A DNA stretch of 64,000 nucleotides. It comes from Octopus vulgaris. Lineage: Eukaryota. The DNA is taken from the NCBI GenBank assembly GCA_951406725.2, contig OX597834.1, forward strand, positions 9,176,001-9,240,000, written 5' to 3'. Within the stretch, counting starts at the first letter, position 1. Each line of letters opens with the position of its first letter. Below, in pieces: positions 12,186-25,721 of the stretch. The translations under genes and the position numbers were made by a program. The notes beneath the pieces were generated by a model. The model was not told the origin of the DNA. It saw only the letters and a list, made by a program, of their open reading frames with translations, and did no database searches.

Positions 12186-12362
12186 TAGTTATATAAGCTG
12201 AATAAGTTTATGCTAGACATACACAACCTTTACTAATTATCTTCACTTTTCTTTCTGATATATTTTTTATCATCATTCAACAAGGTCAAAAAGTATGCTA
12301 TGGAATAAATTAGTGTGTATGTGTGTTATTGTGCGTGTGTTTGCGTGTCTGCTCGTGTATTT

Positions 12363-12408
<46 letters not shown>

Positions 12409-12411
12409 AGC

Positions 12412-12700
12412 ACCGTGACCGACAAGGCTATCACATGTTGCTGCACATCGCTGTTCACAATGCGCTTCGCATTGTTTTAGCCTTCAAATGACGTCACCCC
12501 GCTGGCTAAGCGAGCAGGCAGACAGAAGAAAGAGTGAGAGAATGTTGTGGCGGAAGAGTACAGCAGGGATCGCCACCCACCCCTGTGGAGCCTCATGTGT
12601 TTTCGCTGAATAAATACTCACAACGCACGATCTGGGAATCGAAACGGTGATCCTACAACCGTGAGTCCACTGCCCTAACTACTAGGCCATTGCGCCTCCA
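12412..12700 (-). mobile_element. SINE-C2
   Basis: Head GGAGGCGCAATGGCCTAGTAGTTAGGGCAG; C2-type tail. Confidence 0.88.
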
Positions 12701-13136
12701 CACACACACACACATAGATGGCATTAATTAATACTCAACATTAAAACATCCTAATTTAATTCTACGTATTTCTCTAAATCTTCTATTATATATATATATA
12801 TATATATAAATATATTTATATATATATAGTTCATATATTCGAAAAACCACACACGATGAAGAATTAGAACAGTAGTATATGTTTTTAAGTTTCATTTTTC
12901 CGAAGTTAAATATTATCGGCGTCATAGAGCGACCATTGGTCTGGTACGTATAAAGCGCTTGGAAGTATAAATCACTGGAAACCTCATATGGCCAAATGCG
13001 CATAACCTCTCCTCTGATGGAAGAAATACTCCCGTTTGTTTAAGAAGCCTCCATTTAATTATGTATAGACCTGGAGTTATATAAACGTAAGGAAACGATT
13101 TAAGCTTTACCACTCACTTGTGTGTGTATATATATA

Positions 13137-13368
13137 TATTTCTTTATTGCCCACAAGGGGCTAAACATAGAGGGGACAAACACGGACAGACAAAGGTATT
13201 AAGTCGATTACATCGACCCCAGTGCGTAACTGGTACTTTATTTAGCGACCCCGAAGGGATGAAAGGCAAAGTCGACCTCGGCGGAATTTGAACTCACAAC
13301 GTAACGACTGACGAAATACGGCTACGCATTTCGCCCGGCGTGCTAACGTTTCTGCCAGCTCGCCGCCT
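13137..13368 (-). mobile_element. SINE-B in (TA)n
   Basis: Full-length reverse complement of B. Confidence 0.92.
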
Positions 13369-13847
13369 TATATATATATATGTATGTATGTGTGTGTGTT
13401 TGTGTGCACGCGTAGCGCAGACTCACGAAATATTAAATATATAAAATCCCTACATATTGAAAGGACCAGTAACTTGGAACAATATTGCCACTAGAATCAT
13501 ACATAACGAAGAATTTTATGGTAAATTTGGCATAAATATGTGAATATTTTCAGTTCCTGCAAGGGTAATAAATTCGAAAAATTTTCTCCTTAGCCAATAC
13601 CATTCTCAGAATAAGCGAAAGAAATAATATGAAGACGAATAAAGGCATGTTCAATAGATTGAACTAAATATCAACTTTTTTTCACTGAAACTGTCTTCGT
13701 TCATTTTTTTCCCTGTTTCTTGCCTTTCCATTTGTAATTCAATATTAACAGATCTGTAAACACCAAAATACTGAATTCCTTACCATTTTACATATTCTTT
13801 CTTTTTATTTTGAAGGAACGACAAAAAATGTCATTCATTGCATACAC

Positions 13848-14200
13848 CTATCTATCAATATTAGTGTGTCTATCTATCTATCTCTCCATCTATCTATCTC
13901 TCCATCTATCAATCTCTCCATCTATCTCTCCTTCTATCTATCTATCTCTTCATCTATATCTCCCTCCTTCCCTATATATATATAAATATATACACGTATA
14001 TATATATATATATATAAGCGTGTATTTATATGTATATATTTGATGAATATATACGTATGTATATACATACATGTATGTCTGTATATATATATATATATAT
14101 GTGTATATATGTGTGTGTGTGTATAAATATATACATGTATAGATATATGCATACATGTATGTATGTATACATATATATAAATAAATATATGTATATATAT
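13848..14200. repeat. Compound (TCTA)n/(TA)n/(TG)n microsatellite
   Basis: Seen directly. Confidence 0.9.
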
Positions 14201-14601
14201 TTACGAATGCCTACGTTAACTTATATTTGGTTTTGCTATAATAATGGTTGAAAGAATACCGGGAATTTTGGCGCCGATATAATATATTGGCTATCCTTCT
14301 GAAGATATCTCACTGGATCTTTAACCTTTAGCGCACTGCCGTTCAACTCGACCGCTGTATTTTTTTATTACGTGCTGCTACTGTAAAATCTTGGGTCACT
14401 AATAAAATGTAATTTTATGTAGGTTTATTCTGACTATCTTGTATTTTTTAGCAATCAGATTGAATTACACTCATTTGTTTTTATTACAACAAACTGTTTT
14501 ATGGAATGTCGATGATATATTGAGGCGTGACAAACATTGGGAGGTCGGAGAAATAAGTTCAGTGAATACGATTACAGTGGAGAGGGCGTAGTGCAGTTTA
14601 A

Positions 14602-14803
14602 AAGGCGGCGAGCTGGCAGAATCATTAGTACGTCGGGCGAAATGCTTCGTGGTATTTCGGCTGCCGTTACGTTGTGAGTTCAAATTCCGCCGAGATCGAC
14701 TTTGCCTTTCATCCTTTCGGGGTCGATATAATCGACTTAATACCTATGTATGTCCATGTTTGTCCCCTCTATGTTTAGCCCCTTGTGGGTAATAAAGAAA
14801 TAG
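14602..14803 (+). mobile_element. SINE-B with 13-bp TSD
   Basis: GTAGTGCAGTTTA at 14588-14600 and 14804-14816. Confidence 0.93.
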
Positions 14804-15644
14804 GTAGTGCAGTTTACAAGTACAGTATATAAAGTTAGCTGTACATGTAATTGTGCAAAGATCCTTGCTTTTCGTGGAACAGAGTGCTACTTGGAACTGT
14901 GGAGAAGAGACAGAAAGGATTTTCAATATTATTTATCCTTTTGTAGGTTTGATTTTAAAAGCTACACAGGTCAACTTTAGATTTAATCTATGAATATTCC
15001 AGTACATATATTTTTTATCGCTTAGTCAAGGATGAAAGTGTATTGTCTGCGCTTTCCTTCGGATTCAGATGTTCACAGGGTGGGAAAAAAGTTATCTATT
15101 GGTCCATCGTTCTGATGCTGCTATTTCATTACATTAAACATGGAGTTGTAGAGTTTCTCATGTTAAGAATAACGTAGTTTCTGCAATGCTATGTGTTGCA
15201 ACGTGAGATATCGTGGCTTGAGTTAGCCGATGAATCCTCTTAAACATTAAACCCTTTCTCCCATTGGTGCGTCGTTTGCGAGGATATGGGGGCGAACACA
15301 TTATTTACGTATTCTATCTCGAGTTGACGATATGTTATCATAAAGGAAATGAGTGCCAAATATGCCAAACACACGATGCAGCTAAAACCCATGCAACGCC
15401 GTTGCACTCTTCCTGACATTCTTCAAACATATTCAATCAAGTACTAATATATATATAAACGCCCCTTATATATATATATATTGTAATACGTCAATTTAGG
15501 AACGTTCCCTGCAGTATCTGATAAGTCAAATAGGTGGCGAATGGTTCGATAACTGGATTGCTTAGATGAAATTTTTCCACATATTTTTGTAATACATGTT
15601 TGTATTAGAGCGTATTTCATACTCTCTACCTGACAAAATATTAA

Positions 15645-15889
15645 CTTTTTCTACTATAGGAACAAGGCTTGAAATTCTTTTGGTGAGAAGGATAGTCGAT
15701 TATATCCACCCCAGTACTCAAGTGGTACTTCTTCCATCGACCCAGAAAGGATAAATGGCAATGTCGACCTCGCCAGAATTTGAACGGAACGATGATCATA
15801 ATATCGTAAAGCATTTCGTGTAGCGTGCAAACGATTCTGCCAGCTCGTCGCCTTTCACAACAATAATAATAATAATAATAATAATAATA

Positions 15890-15931
<42 letters not shown>

Positions 15932-16140
15932 CCTTTCTGCTAAAGGCACAATGTGTGAAATTTGTGGGGAGTGGACTAGTCGATTACATCGACCCCAGTG
16001 TTTCACTGGTACTTAATTTATCGACCCCGAAATGATAAAAGGCAAAGTCGACCTCGGTGGAATTTGAACTTAGAAGGTAGCGACAGGTGAAATGCCACTA
16101 AGCATACTGTCCAGTATGCCAACGATGCTGCCAGCTCGAA
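15645..16140 (-). mobile_element. Two tandem B' SINE copies separated by (AAT)n(TAT)n
   Basis: Each has CGACCCCAGT/ACCCCAGT...GGTACTT...GTCGACCTCG...GCCAGCTCG. Confidence 0.82.
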
Positions 16141-16198
16141 TAATAATAATAATAAGAAGAAGAATAATAGCTTATCGGGTAGGCCTGTGTCTAATTGT

Positions 16199-16578
16199 TA
16201 TCACCTCTGGATTAGCGAAGGCGGAGGTATTGCTTCCAATCGTGTTTGTTTGTTTTTCCGTGGAAAAATATGTCTCAAGGACCATTGGATGGATTCAAAT
16301 GAAAGTTTCAGGGACGGTTGGCCTCGTGACTAGTACGAATGAATTAGATTTTGGGATCGATCTGGTACCGGACAAGGATTCTAGATTATTTACCTTTTTC
16401 TTTTTTTTTTTTTACTCAATTTTATCGAGCAGTCGGGTTCGTTTTCCGTATTCTCGTTTGTGAGAGAAGTCGAGGTTATTTCAGATATTTTCATTTTAAA
16501 AATCATCTCTGGTTACTCGCTGAGAGGACGTTGGTGTTGCCTTGGCGGAGGTTTGCGCTTCTTGAGGGCTCTTGTTTT
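16199..16578 (+). mobile_element. Helentron/DINE-type non-autonomous element
   Basis: 5' ACCTCTG...GGCGGAGG followed by (TGTT)n, 3' sub-terminal CCTTGGCGGAGG and a short terminal hairpin ending in a T run. Confidence 0.65.
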
Positions 16579-17104
16579 GTATTTTAACTTCATGAGATAC
16601 CGAGATATCAGAATCGTTAGTAGGGACACAAAAGGCTCAAGCGATATTTCTCTCAGTTCCTGAAGCTTTGAGCTCTGTTTCCGTTGATATCAATTTTCCA
16701 CTTTCATCCGTTCGACGTCGTTTGGTTAATCGACCAATCCCGCTTCATCTATCTGCAATTTTTTCCTTGGACCTATAGCAGTAACGATTGTGCATAACGT
16801 AAAATGATTCATATTTGATACAATTTTGAGGATAACACTCACACAGGGAGCACTGAAGTACCATTTTATAGGCTGAATTAAAATCTAATTGAATATATTT
16901 ATCTTTCATATTTATGAGGCTGATAAACAGTGCTGTTCAAGGCTTAGTACAGACTAATGACCGTATCTTTGCCATGAGAACCGGTGGATGTACGCGTATA
17001 TCATAAACAATATGAGTAAATTATGGTCATGAATTTGTGTTGTAAGACTCCTGGTGTGAAACCGTATGTTAAAACAGATATTGTTGTATTCTAACTCGTC
17101 CTTT

Positions 17105-17147
17105 GTCCGTAAATATTTCGTCACCCATCTGTGACCTCTTCAGGGAC
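17105..17147 (-). ncRNA. Degenerate minimal hammerhead motif
   Basis: GTCC-CTGAAGA-GGTCAC-AGATGG-GTGAC-GAAA-TATTTAC-GGAC: core and stems I/II good, stem III and cleavage triplet non-canonical. Confidence 0.5.
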
Positions 17148-18344
17148 GCTTTCAATCTTCGTGTGTGCTGTTGCTCCTCTTATTCCTCTGAAAGCAGAAA
17201 ATGAAAGTGGAGAATTTATACTTGGTGAATTTGTTATTATTTAGCCCTCGGTTTCTCCTGAGTGAGAGAAACTATCATGAATCTTAGAAATATGAAAATT
17301 CTAGACTTCTATTAGGTATTGTGCATCTATACTTTAATGCAATGTTGAGTCATAATAAAATACTTATTGGATAATCACAACGAGGTGTCCATTAGTTATA
17401 ACTCAACATGATTTTGTTTGAAGGCATAGTCACAAACAGTAAATACTGCCCTACATTAAATAATAATTATCATAAGTTTCTAACAGAAAAAAACGACAGA
17501 AATTTTAGGATGCATGATTTGGTGAATAATTTCATCCTAGGTGCTTAATTGATATTCAAATTATCGATTCTGGATAGAGAAAATAAAAGTTTGAATTTGC
17601 CGGTGTCTGAATGAAGAACACAATGGAATGAAATAAAAATGCCTCCGTATTTGACTCTCGTTCTAAACTTTGTAGAAAAGTTAAACCTTCACATTTTGTT
17701 ATGTCGCACGTTCGGATGACCTCTACTCAACTATATTCTATTTCTCTACTCTGTGGTGCTCTCACCGCTACTTAACTGTTTTCTGACGACGTCTAGACTT
17801 CTCCCTCTACATCTACGTATTGGGCTAGTCTAATTCATCGTCTGGGGGCGTCCACACAACACATTTACAACTAACAAGTTCAAAAATAAGAAAGTTTCGC
17901 ACATTTTGTTCGATAAAATAATGGAGTGTACTTACCACCGCGCTTGACAACAAAGTGATGTTGTGAATAAGAAGTCAATGATCTCGATAGCATTGAAAAT
18001 CGGAACTTAATATGTAAAGAAATGTAGATTTTAGTGAAGATATTGCTATTATTTCTAACAAATGATTTGCGAAGAACATAAGCAGAGTAGAATGGAAATC
18101 TAAAGGAAGGTGCTCCTGCATGGAACTATCTTTTACATAATTCATTTTGGAAAGAAATCTTAAAATAGTATTGTTTGCAAAGCCATTGTCCTGGGTTACA
18201 GCACATTTAAATTTAGAATAGAATAAATATCTTCATTCAGAAAGTAAAATTCGGCTTATTAAATTAATTGAAGGAATACTTTTAAATATAGATTGCTTTG
18301 AATATTACATATGGTGCCATTCAGGAATAGAAAAACAAGATCAT

Positions 18345-18353
18345 GTACATATA

Positions 18354-18401
<48 letters not shown>

Positions 18402-18874
18402 TGTGAGGATATATACTCGTGTGTATGTGTGTCTATTTTGGGTGTGTATGTGTGTATGTATTTGTGCGCATGTGTGTGTGTGTGTATGCCTATATACATA
18501 GCTTATGTATAAGCATTACGCTCATTGATATACGTATATATTTTACCTATATAGATGTGCTCACACACAACCATATTAATATTAATATGGATGTATATTT
18601 TTCAGTATGTATTTGTCCTAGATGTATATATATATATATATATATATGCATTTATGTATATTCTATACACATATGTAATATTTATTGTGCAAGTATATAT
18701 AATGTAGACAAAGCCATATATTTCTTTCTCTCGCTCTCTCTCTCTCCCTGTATATATATATATATATATGTATGTCTGTGTGTATATATATACATATGTA
18801 TATATGTAAAAGTATATCTCTACATTTATTTGTATGTAAATGTGTAAGTATATATCCATAAACTTATAAGTATG

Positions 18875-18911
<37 letters not shown>

Positions 18912-18920
18912 GTGTGTATT
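18345..18920. repeat. (TA)n/(TG)n-rich low-complexity tract
   Basis: Seen directly. Confidence 0.9.
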
Positions 18921-19454
18921 TACATCTATGTGCAACAAAATTGTGTCCTTTAATTTATTCTCTCGCATACAGGAAACGATATTTCTACAATGATTGTAAA
19001 GAATTAATTAGACGTAATTAATAACGCTGAAGCAATCTCAATACGCAAAAAGCACTGCCTTACCCCAGCGAACGTCCACATCTACATATACATAGGTAGT
19101 AATTCCTCCGTGCACACAGACATTTATAGCCAAGATCAATCTGTTAGTCACATACACAACCTCGCTCGTGCAAACACACTCAGTAACTAATGTACATCTT
19201 GTAGAATATAGTAATACAAGATATTTTAAATAGCTCTTTACAATTTGATTGAGGTAATTTCGCTTAACAGTTTTTATTCATATGATATTTTTATTGAAAT
19301 ATTTACTCAATATTTAATTACTCGCTCTTTTGACCCAGTTTACTACAATAATGATTTAAACAATATAATTTTGTGAATAGCTTCGGACGAAATCTATTTC
19401 ACATATATTAACTCTTGAATGTTCTCATGGCGGCGTATTTCTTAGATGTCGGTA

Positions 19455-19842
19455 ATCGATATTTACACTTGCAATAGATATTGATGTGTCTCTAATAGCC
19501 ATTCATATCTGCAATATCCATCCACATCAGAAACAGCTATTGATATCTTCGATAGGTATTCACGTCTGAAATAGGGATTCATATCTACAACACGAATTCA
19601 CTAACCCAATATGCATTCACATTTGCAACGGATATTCACATCCGTAATAGGCATTCACATCTGTAATATCCCTTCACGTCTGTAATAGCCATTTAAGTCT
19701 TTACTAAGCATTCGCATCTTCTACACTAATTCAAATCTTCAGTTATGTTCATACGTATCTAAAATAAGCATTCGAATCTCAAATAAGCATTCAAGATAGA
19801 AACAAGCATTCACATCTGTAATTAGCATTCACATACGGAATG
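19455..19842. repeat. Degenerate 19-bp minisatellite (about 20 units, consensus near AATAGGCATTCACATCTGT)
   Basis: ATTCA recurs at about 19-bp spacing. Confidence 0.8.
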
Positions 19843-20725
19843 ATTATTTGAAACTGTCTATACGTACTCACACTCAGATAAGGAGCTATTTCGAAGGCCT
19901 GTATTCGATCACACACCCTAGTAGATATAGTAGCTAAAGGTTTCTCGAATCAGACCCTACCGTTTAATGTATGGATGGATTAAGTGTCGATCTTTATTGA
20001 GCTACGTTTGTGAAACAAGTAATAAGTTATGAGGTGAAATGTAAATAATAAGTTGTTAATTGTGAATATTGGTGTTTGTGATACAAGGTCCGTGACTATT
20101 CGAGCAAAGAGACAGTGTTACTTATTCCATCTACAACCAATCCGTCATTTAAGGGGAAAATAGGGCAACAAGATATCATGTTTTTCTGGTGATCAACAAC
20201 TGTACCTGGATATAATTGGCATCACCATCAACATCATCATCATCCTCGTAACAAACACCTCCCGCTGCCAATCCAATAATCAAAACCATTACCACTACAA
20301 GCAACATCAATATCGCCGTCACCACCACAACCACCATAATCATTACCATCATCATCATCGTCGTCATTATTATTTCCTTCATCGCCATCGTACCCGTTAA
20401 CACTACTTTCGTTGTCTGTATTATTGCGTGGATCTGCAAAAATTGTAGTTTGCCATATCTGGGCTGCTATTTACATTCCATTAATTACTTAACTTATTAT
20501 ATTCTTCCACTGAGTTCAGTTCCTTTTGAAGTCAAATTAAACTTTCACCCCTGTACGATCGATATAGTAACTCCTAATCAAGAACTACGTCCGTCAATTT
20601 ATCTTCCATACACTCTATCTCTTACAACTCCGGTTTCCATTTCTTTCTTAATTTGTTTTATGCATACATACACATATATATGTACACACACACACATACA
20701 TACATACATATATATATATGAGATG

Positions 20726-21267
20726 TGGAGGCGCAATGGCCCAGTGGTTAGGGCAGCGGATTCGCTGTCGAAGGATCGCGGTTTCAATTCCCAGACCGGG
20801 CGTTGTGTGTGTTTATTGAGCGAAAGCACCACGAGGCTCCGGCAGGGGGTGGTGGCGGTCCCTGATGTATTCTTTCGCCGCAACTTTCTCTCACTCTTTC
20901 TTCTGTTGGCCTGCTCGCTTAACCAGCAGAGTGGCGTCATTTGAAGGCTAAAACGATGCAAAGCACATCGTGACCAACGATGTATAGAAAGGCGGCAAGC
21001 TGGCAGAACCGTTAGCACGCCGGGCGAAATACTTAGCAGTATTTCGTCTGCTGCTACGTTCTGAGTTCAAATTCCGTCGAGGTCGACTTTGCTTATTTAA
21101 TCGGGGTCGATTAAATAAGTACCAGTTACGCACTGGGGTCGATATATAATCGACCAAATCCGTTTGTCTGTCCTTGTTTGTCCTCTCTGTGTTTAGCCCC
21201 TTGTGGGCAGTAAAGAAATAGATGTATAGCAACATCTGATAGTCTGGTCGGACACGGTGACGGTGAT
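20726..21267 (+). mobile_element. SINE-C2, interrupted by SINE-B
   Basis: C2 tail resumes at 21221 (GATGTATAGCAACATCTGATAGTCTGGTCGG). Confidence 0.9.
20989..21220 (+). mobile_element. SINE-B nested in SINE-C2
   Basis: TSD GATGTATAG at 20979-20987 and 21221-21229. Confidence 0.92.
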
Positions 21268-21779
21268 ATATAAGATATGACCAAAATCATACAAACCAGA
21301 ATAAACAGAGATCATTACAACCAATGGATTTATCATTCCATAAATTCGCCGCCTATTTACAATTCCCAATATTGCTTAGCAGACACTCTTAGATACATGG
21401 TGGTCCTCCGTTTAACTTTGTCATTTGATATCTTCTAACGTTCTTCATCCAAATTCCAAAAGTAAATCAACGATATTTTATTTGCGATTCATTATTAAAC
21501 TACCTACATTGTCTTTCGCTTATCTGTAAGAAAATGGTAGAGTTTCTGTATATTCAGTATTGAAATTCACTGAGGTTTAGAAGACACGCAATCATAGAGT
21601 ATTTACCTAATTAAAATAATCTCTAGCATTATTATTATTATTATTATTTGATAGCGTTTCATTATTATCTATACACTTTCGAAATTGATACCGTTATTAT
21701 CTTGTATTTTCATCCAGTGTCGTAGTCTTTTCCATTGCATGCTCTCAAAACCTCATATTTTATATCTATATACACCCAA

Positions 21780-22086
21780 TGGAGAAGTTCTTAAGCAGAT
21801 AAGGCCGAAAATGTCGCTAGAAGCTAGGATCACCAAGCATAGATTGGCATATTTCGGTCATATTATGCGGAGAAAATCCCTGGAGAAGGACATCATGCTC
21901 GGAATGGTCAGTGGCAAGAGAGGAAGAGGCCGGCTAAGAACCCGCTGGCTTGACGCCATCAAGAGTGATACCAAAATGGACATGGCCAATCTGAAAGAAG
22001 CGGCCCAGGATAGAACTGACTGGAGGACACTGATCCAACGAGTGACCGAGTGTCGACTTCGACTAAGCGGATAGAGAGATAGATAG
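21780..22086 (+). mobile_element. 5'-truncated RTE-clade LINE (ORF C-terminus, frame still open)
   Basis: RLAYFGHIMRR-SLEKDIMLGMVSGKRGRGRLRTRWLD...AAQDRTDWR; (AGAT)n tail; TSD ATACACCCAA at 21770-21779 and 22087-22096. Confidence 0.93.
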
Positions 22087-22143
22087 ATACACCCAAACAC
22101 ACACACACCCATCGGTTCACATATATTTTGGAGTGGTTCGGTA

Positions 22144-22306
22144 TAGGCTCATGAGTGGCTGTGTGTAAGAAGCACGTTTCTCAAGCACAGGCTTCCGGGA
22201 TCACTCCCATCGCGTGGCATCTTGCGCAAGTGTCTTCCACTATACCCTCGGACAGGCCAAAGCCTTGTGAAAGGATTTGGTAGACGGAAACTGAAAGAAT
22301 TCTGTG

Positions 22307-22362
<56 letters not shown>

Positions 22363-22640
22363 TGTAACAATTATTCGGTTACCTTCAGTCATCGAGGCAA
22401 TTAAAATATGCTATACGTGTGTGTGCGTATTAGTGTGCCTGTCTCACCGCCATCGCTTGACAAAGGATGTTGGTATGTTTACCTCCCAGTAACGTAGCGG
22501 TTCGGCAAAACAAACCGATAGAATAATTAATAGGCTTACAAAGAATAAGTCTTGGGGTGGTTTTCTTCGATTAAAGCGTGAGTCCCAGCATGGCCGCAGT
22601 CAAACAACTGAAACAAGCAAAATAATATGAGAATAAAAGA
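22144..22640 (+). mobile_element. SINE-A, diverged, with extra sequence in the internal (TA)n
   Basis: Both halves recognisable. Confidence 0.85.
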
Positions 22641-22711
22641 ATATATATATATATATATATCTGTGTGTGTGTCTATGTATGTGTGTGTATATATATATAT
22701 ATATATACATA

Positions 22712-22860
22712 TACAGGGATTCGACAGAGTAATGGAAACACTTTAAAATTTCAAAGAATTTTATCCTAATATGGCATAGCACCTACTTTGACAGCAATTA
22801 CAGCTTGGATTCTGCAAGATATGGACTCGTAGAAATTCTGCATTCTTTCCTAAGGAATAC
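22712..22860 (-). mobile_element. Tc1-like transposon end
   Basis: Minus strand reads IP*ERMQNFYESISCRIQAVIAVKVGAMPY*; TA-CAG terminus. Confidence 0.8.
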
Positions 22861-23085
22861 AAGGCAAAAATGCAGTCTCAAAGTCTGGGCCGTAAATCTA
22901 CGCTGACAACACCGATACAAAGTCGCATCCACGCAAAATTTCCACTGTCACACACACACACACACACACACACACTTACTCTCTCTCTCTCTCACTCACA
23001 CATACAAAACACTCTGTCTCTCTCTCTGTCACACACACATATAGAAATATGTACATACACACACACACACACACATATACATATA

Positions 23086-23831
23086 TGATGAAAGAAACCC
23101 CCTCTCTTAGCCGCGTGTCCCCCTCCACCTTCCTTCTTTCTCACTTCCAGCTTAAAAAACTTTCTCTCTTTCGCACGCTGCCTCTGCTACAGAAAAGTGT
23201 TGCTTCCCTACGCTGCCACACATCTTTCGTCTAGCCAAAAAAGGGCCTTTTTCGTCTGTTTGGTTTTTCTCATTTGTCCTCTTGTTTGTTTGATTTCCCG
23301 TATTGTATTCCCTTTTTATTTCTCGTCTTGTAATTTTTTGTACATGTATTTTTATCTTGTATTTTATTGTGCAGTTTTATTGTTACATCCTGTTTGTGTT
23401 CTTACCCGTTTTACCCCGCTGCTTGGAATTTTATTTTAATTCTCTCGCAGGAAGGCCTAGTTAACGAGTGTCCTATCTTGCCTTCGAAACACGCCTGAGT
23501 TAACTAGCGACAGCTGATGACGGTGGATTTTTCCTTGTGTAGCTTGTCCTGTACTTGTTTTCTTGTAAAAAATTTTTGGATTTTTCCTTGTGTAGCCTGT
23601 CCTGTACTTGTCGTTAAATTTTTGTTTTTTTCCGTTTCTACGTCTTGTTGTGGCGTCCTGTACTTACGTATATTTATTTATATATGCATGTATATATACA
23701 TGTAGATGTAGGTACGTACATATATGTTTGTATGTATGCATATATTTTTAATTATCACATTATTGTCTGACAGCGCCCCGCGTCAGGTTCGTTTCGATTT
23801 GTCGGTTCGTTCCACTTCTTGTCTCCATTCA

Positions 23832-23835
<4 letters not shown>
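23086..23835 (+). mobile_element. Unclassified element between microsatellites, possibly Penelope-like
   Basis: T-rich body, AAGGC...GCCTT-CGAAAC motif, internal duplication TTTTTCCTTGTGTAGC(T/C)TGTCCTGTACTTG. Confidence 0.35.
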
Positions 23836-23879
<44 letters not shown>

Positions 23880-25127
23880 CGGGGTTTCTTTCATTATTCG
23901 CCCATCAAATCAACTCACAAATGCTTCATTTGGCCCAATGATATAGTAGATGACATTTTCTGAAGGTCTTTTAAATGTATAAGGGCTAGTGTCAATTAAT
24001 CAAGGCATTGCTCCAGCATGTCCACATTCTATTCCTGAAATGCGTAAAAGGCAAAATATATATTATGCAAGTGAATGAGAAAATGGTGAAGGTAGAAAAT
24101 TGTGTAACATTAATATGAAATACACGTGTTTAATCTAACAACTGAAAATAATATATTTCGACATTTTGATTAGAAAATGTTCGTCAATAAAGAATGATTT
24201 AAATGGGAATCAGAAGAATGGTAATGTTAGCCAGCTTAAAATAAATTGAAGAATGATATTTCTATTAAATATCTACGTTAAAGATAAAGAATCAGATCTA
24301 TGTTCTGTTTCTTCTTTTCGAAAATATTGCATTTCAAATTACAATATAGAAGAATCACTTGGTGAACTTAGTTAAATTTATGGACTAAAGTCATAATGAA
24401 AATTTAAAATGGATTGATACTCGCAGTACGAATGTGAATACAAGAATCATATTATTGTTAATTTCACCAGGAAATGTACAGTCAAGATAAAATATTGCAG
24501 CGGAAGATATAATGCATTTAGTTTCCCCATGAAGAACATTTAATATAGAATGCCTAATATTTATTTCTTGTTAAATAAAATATGATGGGTCATAGGAACA
24601 GACAGAAACCCTATGATGTGAGAGAGATAGAGACTCTGTTTCGAAATTAAATATATTTGACCTGTGTAAAACCTATGCCATCCTAAATTTTGCGGAGGTG
24701 ATATTTATGCATACCGACATAAGTGCTCATTTAGGGAAGGGAAAAGTGATTCGGATGAAATTCATGTTACCCAGTAAAATCATATAAACACTAACTTCCA
24801 GTCATAAGAAAGAAGAGATAATGGCATATTGGTCTTACAGGGTCTACGTTCCTCGACTAAAACATGAAGATATATTCTCTAGGTTTTGTACCATTGTCTA
24901 TGAAGCTATTTATGTACGACACTTTTGGGATCTTTGCACCCGATAACAATCACACTCTTAACCTCATAACATTTATAAAGCTTTATAAAGAAGCAATTTT
25001 CGAAAGCTGCTAGACTTTCTCAAACACAGCATAAAACTTTCGGGTCGATTTCAATTGAGGATATAGATAATGGATTGCTCTGGAGGAAAGAAAATGATCG
25101 CTCGAAGTTCAACACATTACCAATATT

Positions 25128-25721
25128 GGACCTTTTCCTTTTGAACGGCAGACAATTTCTAGTTAACTAAAATTTTGTATATTGGTAGAATGTGTAAAAA
25201 TAAAACATTTTTTTCTCTTGGCTTTCTTCAGAAAATTGTAATTTTTTTGTTTAACGTAGTGTTAATTTTTCGAATTTTAACCAATCCTATGCTCTCTTTT
25301 GAGCTAAAATCATTTGCTGCGTATAAAACTGAGACAACACACTGTAACGAACCCTAAACTTCCCCCCTAACCCTAAATTTGATTTCTTAATTGTTAAATT
25401 AATTTAATTGTTACGCGTGTAAAAAAACTAAAGCAATGGAATTAAATTAATTTAACAATTAAGAAAAAAATTTAGGGTTACAGGATGATGTCTCAGTTTT
25501 AGACGCAGCAAATGATTTTAGTTGAATGGAGGTAATCGATTGCTTAAAATTGCCGAAAGCTCGGATTTTCAGATGAAATATCTTACAAACTATAGAATTT
25601 TCTCAATAAAACCAAGAAAAAAATGATGTTTTATAAACACATTCTACCAGCATACGAAGTTTAAATGTGTTTAGATAACTAGAATTTGTGTTGACATCTG
25701 CCGTTCAAAAGGAAAAGATCC
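25128..25721. mobile_element. Foldback MITE (GG...CC termini, about 8-bp TSD)
   Basis: GGACCTTTTCCTTTTGAACGGCAGA / TCTGCCGTTCAAAAGGAAAAGATCC; arms pair over about 270 bp; flanks CCAATATT / GCAATATT. Confidence 0.88.

Noticed and set aside
19455-19842. Possible CRISPR-like array
   Set aside because: Eukaryotic context; contiguous diverged units with no repeat-spacer structure.
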